From Sedimentisphaerales bacterium (GTDB taxonomy: Bacteria > Planctomycetota > Phycisphaerae > Sedimentisphaerales > UBA12454): a stretch of DNA of 64,000 bases. The translations under genes were made by a program, and so were the position numbers. Below, in pieces: positions 55,208 through 63,695 of the stretch. Every line of letters starts with the position of its first letter. Position 1 is the first letter of the stretch. The stretch lies in NCBI GenBank assembly GCA_016930635.1, contig JAFGGI010000012.1:9998-73997 (forward strand), in the 5' to 3' direction. The notes under the pieces were generated by a model. That model searched no databases. It saw nothing but the letters and a program-made list of their open reading frames with translations, and was not told the origin of the DNA.

Positions 55208-57820
55208 TTATTTTCCGTCGCCGTTTGTTGATTCCCAGGTAATCAGTCCCGGCTCATAGATTTCATCCAGTTCGGTATGTTTCGGTATAACACGTATAGC
55301 GAATCCGCATTTTCCGCTGCGGGTGCATTTTATCGTGCCTGTAAATATGTGTGTATTTCCTTTTTGTTCTGTATCTTCCATTTTTTTAACGCTTCCGTGG
55401 TCGATATTACCCCACGAATCTACGATGCCGTGGTATATCTGTACGGAGACATCGTTTGCTTCGAGTGTTCCCAGCCGGACATTTGCACTTATTTGCAGTT
55501 CGCATCCGACCTCGAGTGAGCTGCCGTTATTACTGCTAAGCGGTACGGTTCCTTTGCCGTTTCTTATCTGTACATCGACATCGTCTACTTTGATGTTGTC
55601 CCACTGCTCTTTGATCCTGTTTTTCCAGAGTGAAATATCTTTGGCTTTTTCCATTCCTGATTTTTCGAAATCCAGCCACGTTTGCGCAGCGGGCTTATAG
55701 AATCTGCCGGCATATTCTGCAACCATTCTGTGCGTGTTGAATCTCGGCGCTATATATTTTATGGAATTTTTCATCCTGTGTATCCATGCCCTCGGCAGAT
55801 TATCTGCTGAGCGGGTATAGAAAAGCGGAACGATCTCATTTTCAAAGAGATTGAAGATGGTCTCTGACTCTACCTTGTCCTGGTAATCGTAATCATCGTA
55901 TGTTTCGCCTGCGCCTATTACCCATCCGCCGTTAAGTGTGTATCCTTCGCACCACCATCCATCCAGTGTTGAGACATTCAGCGCACCGTTCATTGCAGCT
56001 TTCATTCCGCTTGTGCCTGAAGCTTCCATAGGCGGACGCGGATTATTTAACCAGACATCAACGCCCTGGACGAGATACCTGGCGATGTCAATGTTATAGT
56101 CCTCGAGGAAAATAAGCCTTCGTCTGACATCATTTCTGGCAGCGAAATGTATTAACTGCCTGATGATTTCTTTGCCCTGCTCATCATTGGGATGAGCTTT
56201 GCCGGCATAAATGATCTGGACAGGCATTTCAGTCCTGTTCAATAACTTGACAAACCTTTCAGCGTCTTTTAACAACAGATTGCCTCGCTTATAAGTTGCA
56301 AACCTCCTGGCAAATCCGATAGTCAGGGCCTCAGGGTCGAGAACTTCCTCGGCCCAGCCCAGTTCAGTATGATATGTACCTCTTCGCTGAAGCTGGTTTT
56401 TAAGCTGTTTGCGGACGAAACTTACCAGATTCTCCTTGCACCTCTGGTGAATTCGCCACAGTTCCTCATCCGGTATCTGGTCGGCACAGTCCCAGAGGTC
56501 CTCATCAGAAATCTCCTCATCCCAGTTAACACCAAGATACCTTTCAAAAAGAGATATTAATTCAGGCGAAGTGAAACTCTTTGCGTGTGTTCCATTCGTT
56601 ATGGATTGAATAGGCACCTCGGAAGTAGGCAGTTTGGGCCATAAGTCAGCCCACATTGCACGTGATACTTTACCGTGCAGTTTGCTTACGCCGTTTCTGT
56701 ATGCGCTGGTCTGAATGGCCAATACCGGCATCTTGAAAGTTTCGCTATCCTTGTCAGGATCGATCCTTCCCAGTGCAAGGAACTGGTCTTTATTAAGACC
56801 GAGCTTTGGGAAATAGCTGCCGAAATATTTGCTTACCAGCTCAGGGGTAAACTCGTCGTTACCTGCCTTTACCGGCGTATGTATTGTAAAGACGTTACTC
56901 AATTTAGTTGCTTCAAGCGCTTCGTCAAAGGACAGGTTCTTCATAGTGCACATGTGCCTGATTCTCTCGAGCGCCATAAATGCAGCGTGTCCTTCGTTCA
57001 TATGACAGACCGAAGGCTCAAGACCCATTGCAAGCAGCGCTTTATATCCGCCGATGCCGATTAGTATTTCCTGCTGAATTCTCATTTCTGAGCCGCCCGA
57101 GTAAAGGCCTGATGTTATCAGTCTGTCCTGCGGCGAATTCGCAGCGACATTGGTATCAAGCAGAAACAGCTTGACCCTTCCGACTGTTACCTGCCAGATC
57201 TGTGCTGCGAGCTGGCGTTGCGGGAATGTAAGTTTTATCGTCAGCGGTTTTCCGCTTTTCTTTTTTACCAGTTCGACCGGCATATTGAAAAAGTCGTTGT
57301 CTTCATATCTTTCCTGCTGCCAGCCGTCGGCGTTTAGATACTGTCTGAAATATCCTTTCTGATACAAAAGTCCAACACCGACAAGAGGCAGGTTTAAATC
57401 AGATGCGCTCTTGAGATGGTCGCCTGCGAGAATGCCAAGACCGCCGGAGTAGATAGGCAGCGATTCGTGGATGCCGAACTCAAGACTGAAATATGCGATC
57501 ACCGGCCTGGATTCCCGTGTCCATACTTTATCGAACCAGCCGGGAGAATTTAAATAATGCTGTAATTTTTCCTCGGCCTGTGTCAGTTGATATATAAATC
57601 CCTGCTTTGCGGCAAGGTCGTTGAGTCTGCTTTGACTGACTGTGCCCAGGAGTTTAACCGGGTTGTGCCCGCAGGCATGCCACCTGTCGTGGTCTATCTG
57701 GCGGAACAGTTCTGCAAATTCCGGATTCCAGCACCAGAACATATTATGTGCGATCGTTCTGAGTGCTTTTAAGGATTGCGGCAGTGATGGTAAAACCGTA
57801 AAGTTTCGTATCTTTTGCAT
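55208..57820 (-). CDS. glgP: Alpha-glucan (glycogen/maltodextrin) phosphorylase, GT35, long bacterial/archaeal type
   Basis: EASGTSGMKAAMNGALN (PLP-Lys block), GGLGILAGDHLKSASD and HMNEGHAAF. I set the start to the ATG at 57820 (MQKIRNF); the ORF track extends 22 codons further. Confidence 0.92.
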   Translation of the reverse strand: MQKIRNFTVLPSLPQSLKALRTIAHNMFWCWNPEFAELFRQIDHDRWHACGHNPVKLLGTVSQSRLNDLAAKQGFIYQLTQAEEKLQHYLNSPGWFDKVWTRESRPVIAYFSLEFGIHESLPIYSGGLGILAGDHLKSASDLNLPLVGVGLLYQKGYFRQYLNADGWQQERYEDNDFFNMPVELVKKKSGKPLTIKLTFPQRQLAAQIWQVTVGRVKLFLLDTNVAANSPQDRLITSGLYSGGSEMRIQQEILIGIGGYKALLAMGLEPSVCHMNEGHAAFMALERIRHMCTMKNLSFDEALEATKLSNVFTIHTPVKAGNDEFTPELVSKYFGSYFPKLGLNKDQFLALGRIDPDKDSETFKMPVLAIQTSAYRNGVSKLHGKVSRAMWADLWPKLPTSEVPIQSITNGTHAKSFTSPELISLFERYLGVNWDEEISDEDLWDCADQIPDEELWRIHQRCKENLVSFVRKQLKNQLQRRGTYHTELGWAEEVLDPEALTIGFARRFATYKRGNLLLKDAERFVKLLNRTEMPVQIIYAGKAHPNDEQGKEIIRQLIHFAARNDVRRRLIFLEDYNIDIARYLVQGVDVWLNNPRPPMEASGTSGMKAAMNGALNVSTLDGWWCEGYTLNGGWVIGAGETYDDYDYQDKVESETIFNLFENEIVPLFYTRSADNLPRAWIHRMKNSIKYIAPRFNTHRMVAEYAGRFYKPAAQTWLDFEKSGMEKAKDISLWKNRIKEQWDNIKVDDVDVQIRNGKGTVPLSSNNGSSLEVGCELQISANVRLGTLEANDVSVQIYHGIVDSWGNIDHGSVKKMEDTEQKGNTHIFTGTIKCTRSGKCGFAIRVIPKHTELDEIYEPGLITWESTNGDGK

Positions 57821-58036
57821 AAGCTTCCTGTCAAAGAATCCTGTTAGTAGCCGGTCCTGGTTTTTCCGACAACACCGGATACTCATTTAATCGTCATTTT
57901 CAGCAGTTTGCTTAATCGCAGAGGTAAATAAGTTGCCTTGTTATAGGACCAGATGACGAATAATTATTGTGTATTTGATGGTTTATCGGACTATATCATT
58001 GATTTTTGGCCGTAATTGTGGTAGCCTGATATTATA

Positions 58037-58065
58037 TGTCATTGCGAGCGAAGCGAAGCAATCTC
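58037..58065 (+). repeat. Small palindromic intergenic repeat (TGTCATTGCGAG...GCAATCTC type), copy 2
   Basis: TGTCATTGCGAG-CGAAGC-GAAGCAATCTC. It has the same termini as the copy at 19918-19956, in opposite orientation. Confidence 0.6.
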
Positions 58066-58071
58066 GATTAG

Positions 58072-58144
58072 CCCCCGGACCTGCTTGTCCTCCGTAGTCT
58101 TGACGAAGGACGGATGCCGGGGGAACAGGGCCGCGACCGTAAGG
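58072..58144 (+). repeat. GC-rich nested hairpin / REP-like element
   Basis: CCCCCGG (58072-58078) pairs with CCGGGGG (58117-58123). This encloses GTCCT...AGGAC and CGT...ACG stems. AACAGGGCCGCGACCGTAAGG follows. Local GC is far above the AT-rich surroundings. Confidence 0.5.
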
Positions 58145-58198
58145 AAGCGGTATATTGAGTGGAGTAATATACAGGGGATAATTTTGTAACGGAGGATT

Positions 58199-60469
58199 TT
58201 GATGATGGCCAGTTCATATCACAAGGTTTTGTTGATCAGCGGGATTATTTTATATCTACTTTCGTCTGCTTTTGCTGGTGAAGGTGAAATTATAGGCTGG
58301 GGATGGAACTATTTAGGTCAATGCAATGTACCACAACCCAATTCCGAATTTGTGGCTATAGCGTCAGGTTCGGACCACTCACTTGGTCTCAAGGCTAACG
58401 GTTCTATTATTGGTTGGGGACTTAACATGTACGGTGAATGTGATGTGCCAAATCCCAATACAGATTTTATAGCTATTGCGGTCGGCACTCATCACTCGCT
58501 GGGGCTGAAAAGTGATAGTTCAATTATAGCTTGGGGATACAATTCTACCGGTCAATGTGATGTGCCGAGTCCCAATACTGATTTTGTAGCTATTGAGTGT
58601 GGTGAATATTATTCACTTGGTCTCAAAATTGATGGATCAATAATTGCTTGGGGAGACAACTACTTTGGTCAATGTGATGTTCCGAGCCCTAATACAGATT
58701 TTGCAGCTATTGGGTCTGGCTCGACCCACTCACTTGGCCTTAAGGCTGACGGTTCTATCATAGCCTGGGGAAATAACCATTTCGGTGTGTGCAATGTACC
58801 AAGCCCTAATACGAACTTCGTGGCGATTGCAGCTGGAACATATCACAGCCTTGGACTCAAGTCCGACGGTTCTGTTATTTGCTGGGGAAATAACTCTTTC
58901 GGTCAGTGTAATATTCCTGAGCCTAATACGGACTTTTTAGCTATTGCCTCTGGTTGTCACACACATCACTCACTTGGTCTAAAGGCCGACAGCTCACTTG
59001 TTGCCTGGGGAAACAATGATCATGGTCAGTGTAATGTGCCCGAGCCTAATATAGATTTTGTAGCTATTGCGACCGGCCAAGGTCATTCATTGGGTCTGAA
59101 ATCAATCCGGAAATATTCCGGCGGGACTGGTGGGCCGAATGACCCATATCGAATCGCAGATGTAAATGATCTGCGCCAACTGGCTTCTGATGTGAACGAT
59201 TACAATGATTGTTTCGTCCTTGCAAATGATATAGATTTGACTGATTATAACTTTCCAACTGCCATTATTGCGCCGGATATTAGCACTTCCTGGGGTTTTC
59301 AAGGAGCGGTCTTTACGGGTATTTTTGACGGCGGTGGTCATGTGATATCAAATCTAAGTATTAATACCAACAATCAGCGTTATATAGGTCTTTTTGGATG
59401 TACAGGTCTAAACAGTGCGATAAAAAATCTTGGTATTGAAGATGCCAATATAATTGGCATTGAGTATATTGGTGGAATAGTTGGATCTAACAGAGGCAGT
59501 CTTATCAACTGTTATAGTACCGGTACAATCAGTGGTATCCGTAATGTCGGTGGTTTGTCAGGATATGATAATGGCAGCATAACAAATTGTTATAATACAG
59601 GTTCAATCAGCGGCAGTAATAATTATATCGGCGGATTGGTAGGAAGAACTGGTTATGATAGTATTATTATCAATTGTTATAATACCGGCAATATCACGGG
59701 AGAAGGCGGCATTGGTGGTTTAGTAGGGGTTATCAACGGAGATGTTATCAACTGTTATAACATGGGGGTAGTCAATGGAGACGAAAGTGTTGGTGGACTG
59801 GTAGGAACAAATTGCGGCAACATGATATATTGTTATAGTACAGGGGCTGTCAGCGGCTATGGTACTGCTGGCCAAATTGGCGGACTAATAGGATTTAATA
59901 ATGGTGGTATTGCAACAAGCTGTTACAGTTCAGGGTTGGTTGATGGCTACCTCTCTGTCGGTGGACTGACGGGATATAATAACGGCATTATAATAGACTG
60001 TTATTCTACAGGAGCAGTCAACGGAGCTGGTTACGTTGGCGGATTCGCGGGTAGGAATATAGGAGGTGGCAGCAATATTATTACTAATTCTTTCTGGGAC
60101 ATTGAGACTTCCGGGCAAACGTATAGCGCCGGCGGGGAGGGTAAAACCACAGCCGAGATGCAACAGATGATTACATATACAGATGCTGGTTGGGATTTTT
60201 CATATACAGACGGCGATGATGCCGACTGGTTTATACAGATAGATGAGTATCCTATTCTTACCTGGCAGATATCGCCTGCGGATCTTTATACCGACGGCAG
60301 GAATGACTTCAGGGATTTTTCAGTACTTGCGCAGTTCTGGCTGCGTGACGATTGCAGAATTCAAAACTGGTACTGCGACTGGGCAGACCTGGATTTCGAC
60401 GGCGATATTGATATAGACGACCTTGCGGTATTGATGGATTACTGGCTGGAAATTGGGATATATAATTAA
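58199..60469 (+). CDS. Secreted protein: 7 short RCC1-like repeats, then a GLUG-motif beta-helix region, then a dockerin-like C-terminus
   Basis: Has a signal peptide. Seven ~41-aa repeats follow the pattern WG.N..GQC.VP.PN.DFVAIA.G..HSLGLK.DGSIIAWG. Next come repeated NCY(S/N)TG.(I/V).G...(I/V)GGL(V/T)G units. C-terminus: DLDFDGDIDIDDLAVLMDYW. Start is TTG 58199 or ATG 58202. Confidence 0.8.
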   Translation: MMMASSYHKVLLISGIILYLLSSAFAGEGEIIGWGWNYLGQCNVPQPNSEFVAIASGSDHSLGLKANGSIIGWGLNMYGECDVPNPNTDFIAIAVGTHHSLGLKSDSSIIAWGYNSTGQCDVPSPNTDFVAIECGEYYSLGLKIDGSIIAWGDNYFGQCDVPSPNTDFAAIGSGSTHSLGLKADGSIIAWGNNHFGVCNVPSPNTNFVAIAAGTYHSLGLKSDGSVICWGNNSFGQCNIPEPNTDFLAIASGCHTHHSLGLKADSSLVAWGNNDHGQCNVPEPNIDFVAIATGQGHSLGLKSIRKYSGGTGGPNDPYRIADVNDLRQLASDVNDYNDCFVLANDIDLTDYNFPTAIIAPDISTSWGFQGAVFTGIFDGGGHVISNLSINTNNQRYIGLFGCTGLNSAIKNLGIEDANIIGIEYIGGIVGSNRGSLINCYSTGTISGIRNVGGLSGYDNGSITNCYNTGSISGSNNYIGGLVGRTGYDSIIINCYNTGNITGEGGIGGLVGVINGDVINCYNMGVVNGDESVGGLVGTNCGNMIYCYSTGAVSGYGTAGQIGGLIGFNNGGIATSCYSSGLVDGYLSVGGLTGYNNGIIIDCYSTGAVNGAGYVGGFAGRNIGGGSNIITNSFWDIETSGQTYSAGGEGKTTAEMQQMITYTDAGWDFSYTDGDDADWFIQIDEYPILTWQISPADLYTDGRNDFRDFSVLAQFWLRDDCRIQNWYCDWADLDFDGDIDIDDLAVLMDYWLEIGIYN
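58277..59103 (+). repeat. Seven tandem coding repeats (~120 bp each) encoding the RCC1-like blades
   Basis: The motif GGTCA(A/G)TG(T/C)(G/A)ATGT(G/A)CC recurs at regular ~120-nt spacing. The peptide repeats are listed above. Confidence 0.8.
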
Positions 60470-60924
60470 TCTGTTTCTTTTTCACTGATGAGTTTGTAGA
60501 GTTCTTCAGCGTTTGCGGCGTTTTGAAGCTTGTTCTTGAATTCCTCGTCGAGCATTAATCTGCTTATTCTCGCAAGTGCCTGGATATGCGGGCCGGTCTT
60601 GTCTATGGGCGAGGCGAGCAGAACAACAATATGTACCGGCTTGGAATCAATACTCTGAAAATCTATGTCTTCGCGACAAACTCCCATAGCCATCACGAGT
60701 TCTTTGACGCCTTTGCATTTGCCGTGGGGGATAGCGATGCCGGCACCAATGCCGGTACTCCTGGTCTTTTCCCTGGTCAGTACGGACATGAGGACCCCGT
60801 TTTTGTCAGTCAGCAGCTTATTTGCATCGAGCAGTTCGACGAGTTCGGTTATGACAGATTCCTTGTCCTTACCCTCAAGCGGGACTTTTACGCAGGCTGA
60901 TTCAAGAATTTGTGTTAACAGCAT
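60466..60924 (-). CDS. ptsN: PTS EIIA-Ntr-type regulatory protein
   Basis: 152 aa. RSTGIGAGIAIPHGKC is the phosphorylatable-His block of the EIIA fructose/Ntr family. Its stop overlaps the stop of the convergent 58199 gene (TTAA at 60466-60469). Confidence 0.8.
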   Translation of the reverse strand: MLLTQILESACVKVPLEGKDKESVITELVELLDANKLLTDKNGVLMSVLTREKTRSTGIGAGIAIPHGKCKGVKELVMAMGVCREDIDFQSIDSKPVHIVVLLASPIDKTGPHIQALARISRLMLDEEFKNKLQNAANAEELYKLISEKETD

Positions 60925-61064
60925 TTCTAATATCTCAAGTTATGAACGTTACAAAGAAAAATTCACAATCACAGAACCAAGGATTCTATAGATTTTTGGC
61001 CAAAAAGGCAAACACTTTAATATTTATATGTAACTTGTTGTAGATTAAAGGATTATGGCGATTT

Positions 61065-62111
61065 TTACCTTATAATCATACAGTCGCCATAGGAGTAAAA
61101 GCGGTATTTTTGCTCAATTGCGTGCCTGTAGGCGGCCAGTATTTTATCCAAACCCGCAAAGGCACCGACCAGGGCAAGCAGGGTTGATTTGGGCAGATGG
61201 AAGTTTGTGATAATAGAGTCAACAATTTTGAATTCAAAGCCTGGCGTTATGAACAAATCCGTTTGGCCGGTGGAGGCTTTTACATTTTTTCCCTGGGCGA
61301 GGGCCTCAAGGGTCCTGACAGAAGTGGTTCCAACGGCGACAATTTTTCCCCCTGACGAAATTGTGTTATTTATGATATCTGCATTGGTCTGGTCGATAGA
61401 AAATTGTTCGCTATGCATCTTATGCTCTTCGAGGGTTTGTGTTTTTACAGGCAGGAAGGTTCCGGCTCCGACGTGGAGAGTTAGCTGGGAGATATTTATA
61501 CCTTTGGTTTTGAGCTGCTCAAGTATTTTTTCGGTAAAATGCAATCCTGCTGTTGGAGCGGCGATAGCACCGTTTTGCTGAGCATAAACAGTCTGATACC
61601 GGTTGTGGTCCAGGTCGTGCTGCAGTTGCGGCTGAGGCCTTTTTATATAAGGAGGCAGGGGGGTAAAACCGACTGCTTCTAATATCTTTTCAGCGGTCAG
61701 GGGCGATTCAGGTTTAATAAGCCATTGACCTTCGGAAAGCCTGTTTATAATACTGATAGGGCAGTATTGCTTTTTATCCCTGTCGAGCAGGTGCAGGGTT
61801 TGCCCCTCTTTAATACGGGATGAGTTTTTGAGCATTACCTTCCATTGGCCTTGCCGACAGGTCAGAAAAAGGCCTTCGATATTAGCGCCGGTGGTTTTTT
61901 GTGCGAAAAATTTGGCTGGTATGACTTTTGTGTTGTTTATTACCAGGCAGTCACCTTCGTTCAGATGGGTAGAAATATTGCTGAAATCATCGTCTGTAAC
62001 TTTTCCCGTAGAGCGGTCCAGAACTAAGAGCCTGCTGCCGGGCCGATTTGGCACGGGTTCCTGGGCGATGAGCTCAGGCGGCAGGTCATAATTAAGCTTT
62101 TCGATGTTCAT
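61065..62111 (-). CDS. queA: S-adenosylmethionine:tRNA ribosyltransferase-isomerase
   Basis: YDLPPELIAQEP, SRLLVL, PLPPYIKR, APTAGLHFT, GTTSVRTLE and YRFYSYGDCMII. I set the start to the ATG at 62111 (MNIEKLNYDLP). Confidence 0.92.
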   Translation of the reverse strand: MNIEKLNYDLPPELIAQEPVPNRPGSRLLVLDRSTGKVTDDDFSNISTHLNEGDCLVINNTKVIPAKFFAQKTTGANIEGLFLTCRQGQWKVMLKNSSRIKEGQTLHLLDRDKKQYCPISIINRLSEGQWLIKPESPLTAEKILEAVGFTPLPPYIKRPQPQLQHDLDHNRYQTVYAQQNGAIAAPTAGLHFTEKILEQLKTKGINISQLTLHVGAGTFLPVKTQTLEEHKMHSEQFSIDQTNADIINNTISSGGKIVAVGTTSVRTLEALAQGKNVKASTGQTDLFITPGFEFKIVDSIITNFHLPKSTLLALVGAFAGLDKILAAYRHAIEQKYRFYSYGDCMIIR

Positions 62112-62282
62112 AAAGAACAAGTTATCAGACCATACGAAAAATAACAGAAAAAATTCGCTGCACCATTTTGCGGAAAAATCATTTTTTACAAGTGTTGATT
62201 TTTTTATGAAAAGCCGAGGCAAATACCTTCCGATAAGAACAGCAGAAGCGGGTTAATTTGATTTTTTCAGGACAACGGTCAA

Positions 62283-62483
62283 ATGAGCGAAACGGACAGA
62301 TATGAACGAATGGCAGGGATGGTAGCATCGCTGGACAGAAATTCAGTTATCAGGAAAATCAAAAATTTCAAAGGCCGATTCAGACTCGATTTTACCGATG
62401 AATATCTCAAAGGATTAACGTTAGACCGCTTGAGACATATCCTCTTTGCTGCGTTATCAACTAAATGCAAAAAGCACAATTGA
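62283..62483 (+). CDS. Possible small basic protein (66 aa), unknown function
   Basis: The ATG ORF reads MSETDRYERMAGMVASLDRNSVIRKIKNFKGRFRLDFTDEYLKGLTLDRLRHILFAALSTKCKKHN, a helical-looking sequence with a balanced composition. The fully overlapping antisense ORF 62279..62479 looks less protein-like. Confidence 0.4.
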   Translation: MSETDRYERMAGMVASLDRNSVIRKIKNFKGRFRLDFTDEYLKGLTLDRLRHILFAALSTKCKKHN

Positions 62484-62591
62484 TTTAGTCGAGCCGATAT
62501 TTTGGGCCGAGTTGTATTTTCTTGAATAATATGATTCTGTTGTATATAAATTCAGCCTGGTTTATTTATTATAATCTGAATAGATAATTAT

Positions 62592-63368
62592 ATGACCGAT
62601 AATTTTGATGATTTGCGAAACAGTGTCATCCTGTCAGAGCTTGGGGGCTATGGCAACGGGATATTCTGCGCTCAATATGCCAAAGGTGCCTCTGTTGTTA
62701 TGATGGGCACGTATATAATAGATTCCGCCAGGAATATTCATTATCCGCCTGAATTTATATTTCGGCCTGGAGGCAATTACAGGTCATATTTCGAGGCACA
62801 TATCAAAGAGGCCAGGCTCAGCGGCGCAAAGGTAGCTGTAAGCGCGATCGGCTCAGAGCTTAAGGATGTCATAGATATGCTGGTTACCGCTGAACAGTGC
62901 GGTGCCGATTTTATATCGCTTTGTGCACATTCTGCAATGGAGTTATATACCAAACAAGGCCTGGGTTATAAACTGTGTATGCCGGAGAACAGGGACAATC
63001 TTAAAAGATGGATCAGCGAGATACTTTCTGCTACGAGCAAGCCTTTGATACTCAAGCCCGGCTCGGTCTGGCATGATTATATAGTCGAATCTGTCAGCAT
63101 AGCGGCTCAATCAGGCACACCGATAGTGCATGCCAATCTCGGCCTTGCTTTTGAGCCTGAAGCGATTGCGACTATCGGTGAGCTGTCGCAAATTTTCGAT
63201 TTTGTAATAGCAGGAGGCGGAATAACCGGTATAGATGGTGCCAAAGAGGTATTAGAAGCCGGGGCCGGGGCAGTATCGGTAGCAAAGGCGGCTATACAGG
63301 ATGTGCATTTCATCGAGCAGCTGGGGCGGGAATTGAAAGAAATAGTCATTTCAAAATCAGCGCAATAA
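62592..63368 (+). CDS. TIM-barrel protein of the FMN-oxidoreductase type (DHOD/DUS-like), specific function unknown
   Basis: 258 aa. The C-terminal VIAGGGITGIDGAKEVLEAGAGAVSVAKAAIQD matches the phosphate-binding end of FMN-dependent (beta/alpha)8 barrels. The N-terminal LSELGGYGNGIFCAQ is not assignable by eye. Confidence 0.5.
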   Translation: MTDNFDDLRNSVILSELGGYGNGIFCAQYAKGASVVMMGTYIIDSARNIHYPPEFIFRPGGNYRSYFEAHIKEARLSGAKVAVSAIGSELKDVIDMLVTAEQCGADFISLCAHSAMELYTKQGLGYKLCMPENRDNLKRWISEILSATSKPLILKPGSVWHDYIVESVSIAAQSGTPIVHANLGLAFEPEAIATIGELSQIFDFVIAGGGITGIDGAKEVLEAGAGAVSVAKAAIQDVHFIEQLGRELKEIVISKSAQ

Positions 63369-63695
63369 AAAAGGCTCAGGTCATTCAACCTAAGCCTTAC
63401 TGAAGCAAAACCCTTCGTTATTTATTATATAGAACCATTGGGTTATAAAAAAAATATTCTGCTTCAGTTAAACCAAAACCATTCATATAAGAAAAAAAGA
63501 GCATGAATACTTATACATATTATATGCTAAGTCGTTGTTTTTGCAATGGTTTTTTTTGATTTTTTGTAAAAATAGTAAAAAAAGTTGCCAAAAGACGAGC
63601 AATCTGGTAGATATTAGCAGATTTTTGGGCGAAATTAGCTCAAAAAAACAGGTGTGATTTCAATTAGAGGACTGTATTTATCTGGAATTAAGACT

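Noticed and set aside
45246-57820. A possible genomic island integrated at ssrA (the CAZyme cluster next to the tmRNA).
   Set aside because: I found no integrase, no excisionase and no direct repeat of the ssrA 3' end anywhere in the window. The genes on both sides are of the same functional type. An island is not supported by what I can see.
58277-59103. Regularly spaced ~120-bp DNA repeats that could look like a repeat/spacer array.
   Set aside because: They are in-frame coding repeats (RCC1-like blades) of one long ORF. There are no short invariant repeats with unique spacers and no cas genes.
62112-62282. A possible preQ1 riboswitch upstream of queA.
   Set aside because: Reading the minus-strand leader shows no preQ1-I/II core and no suitable small hairpin with an A-rich tail.
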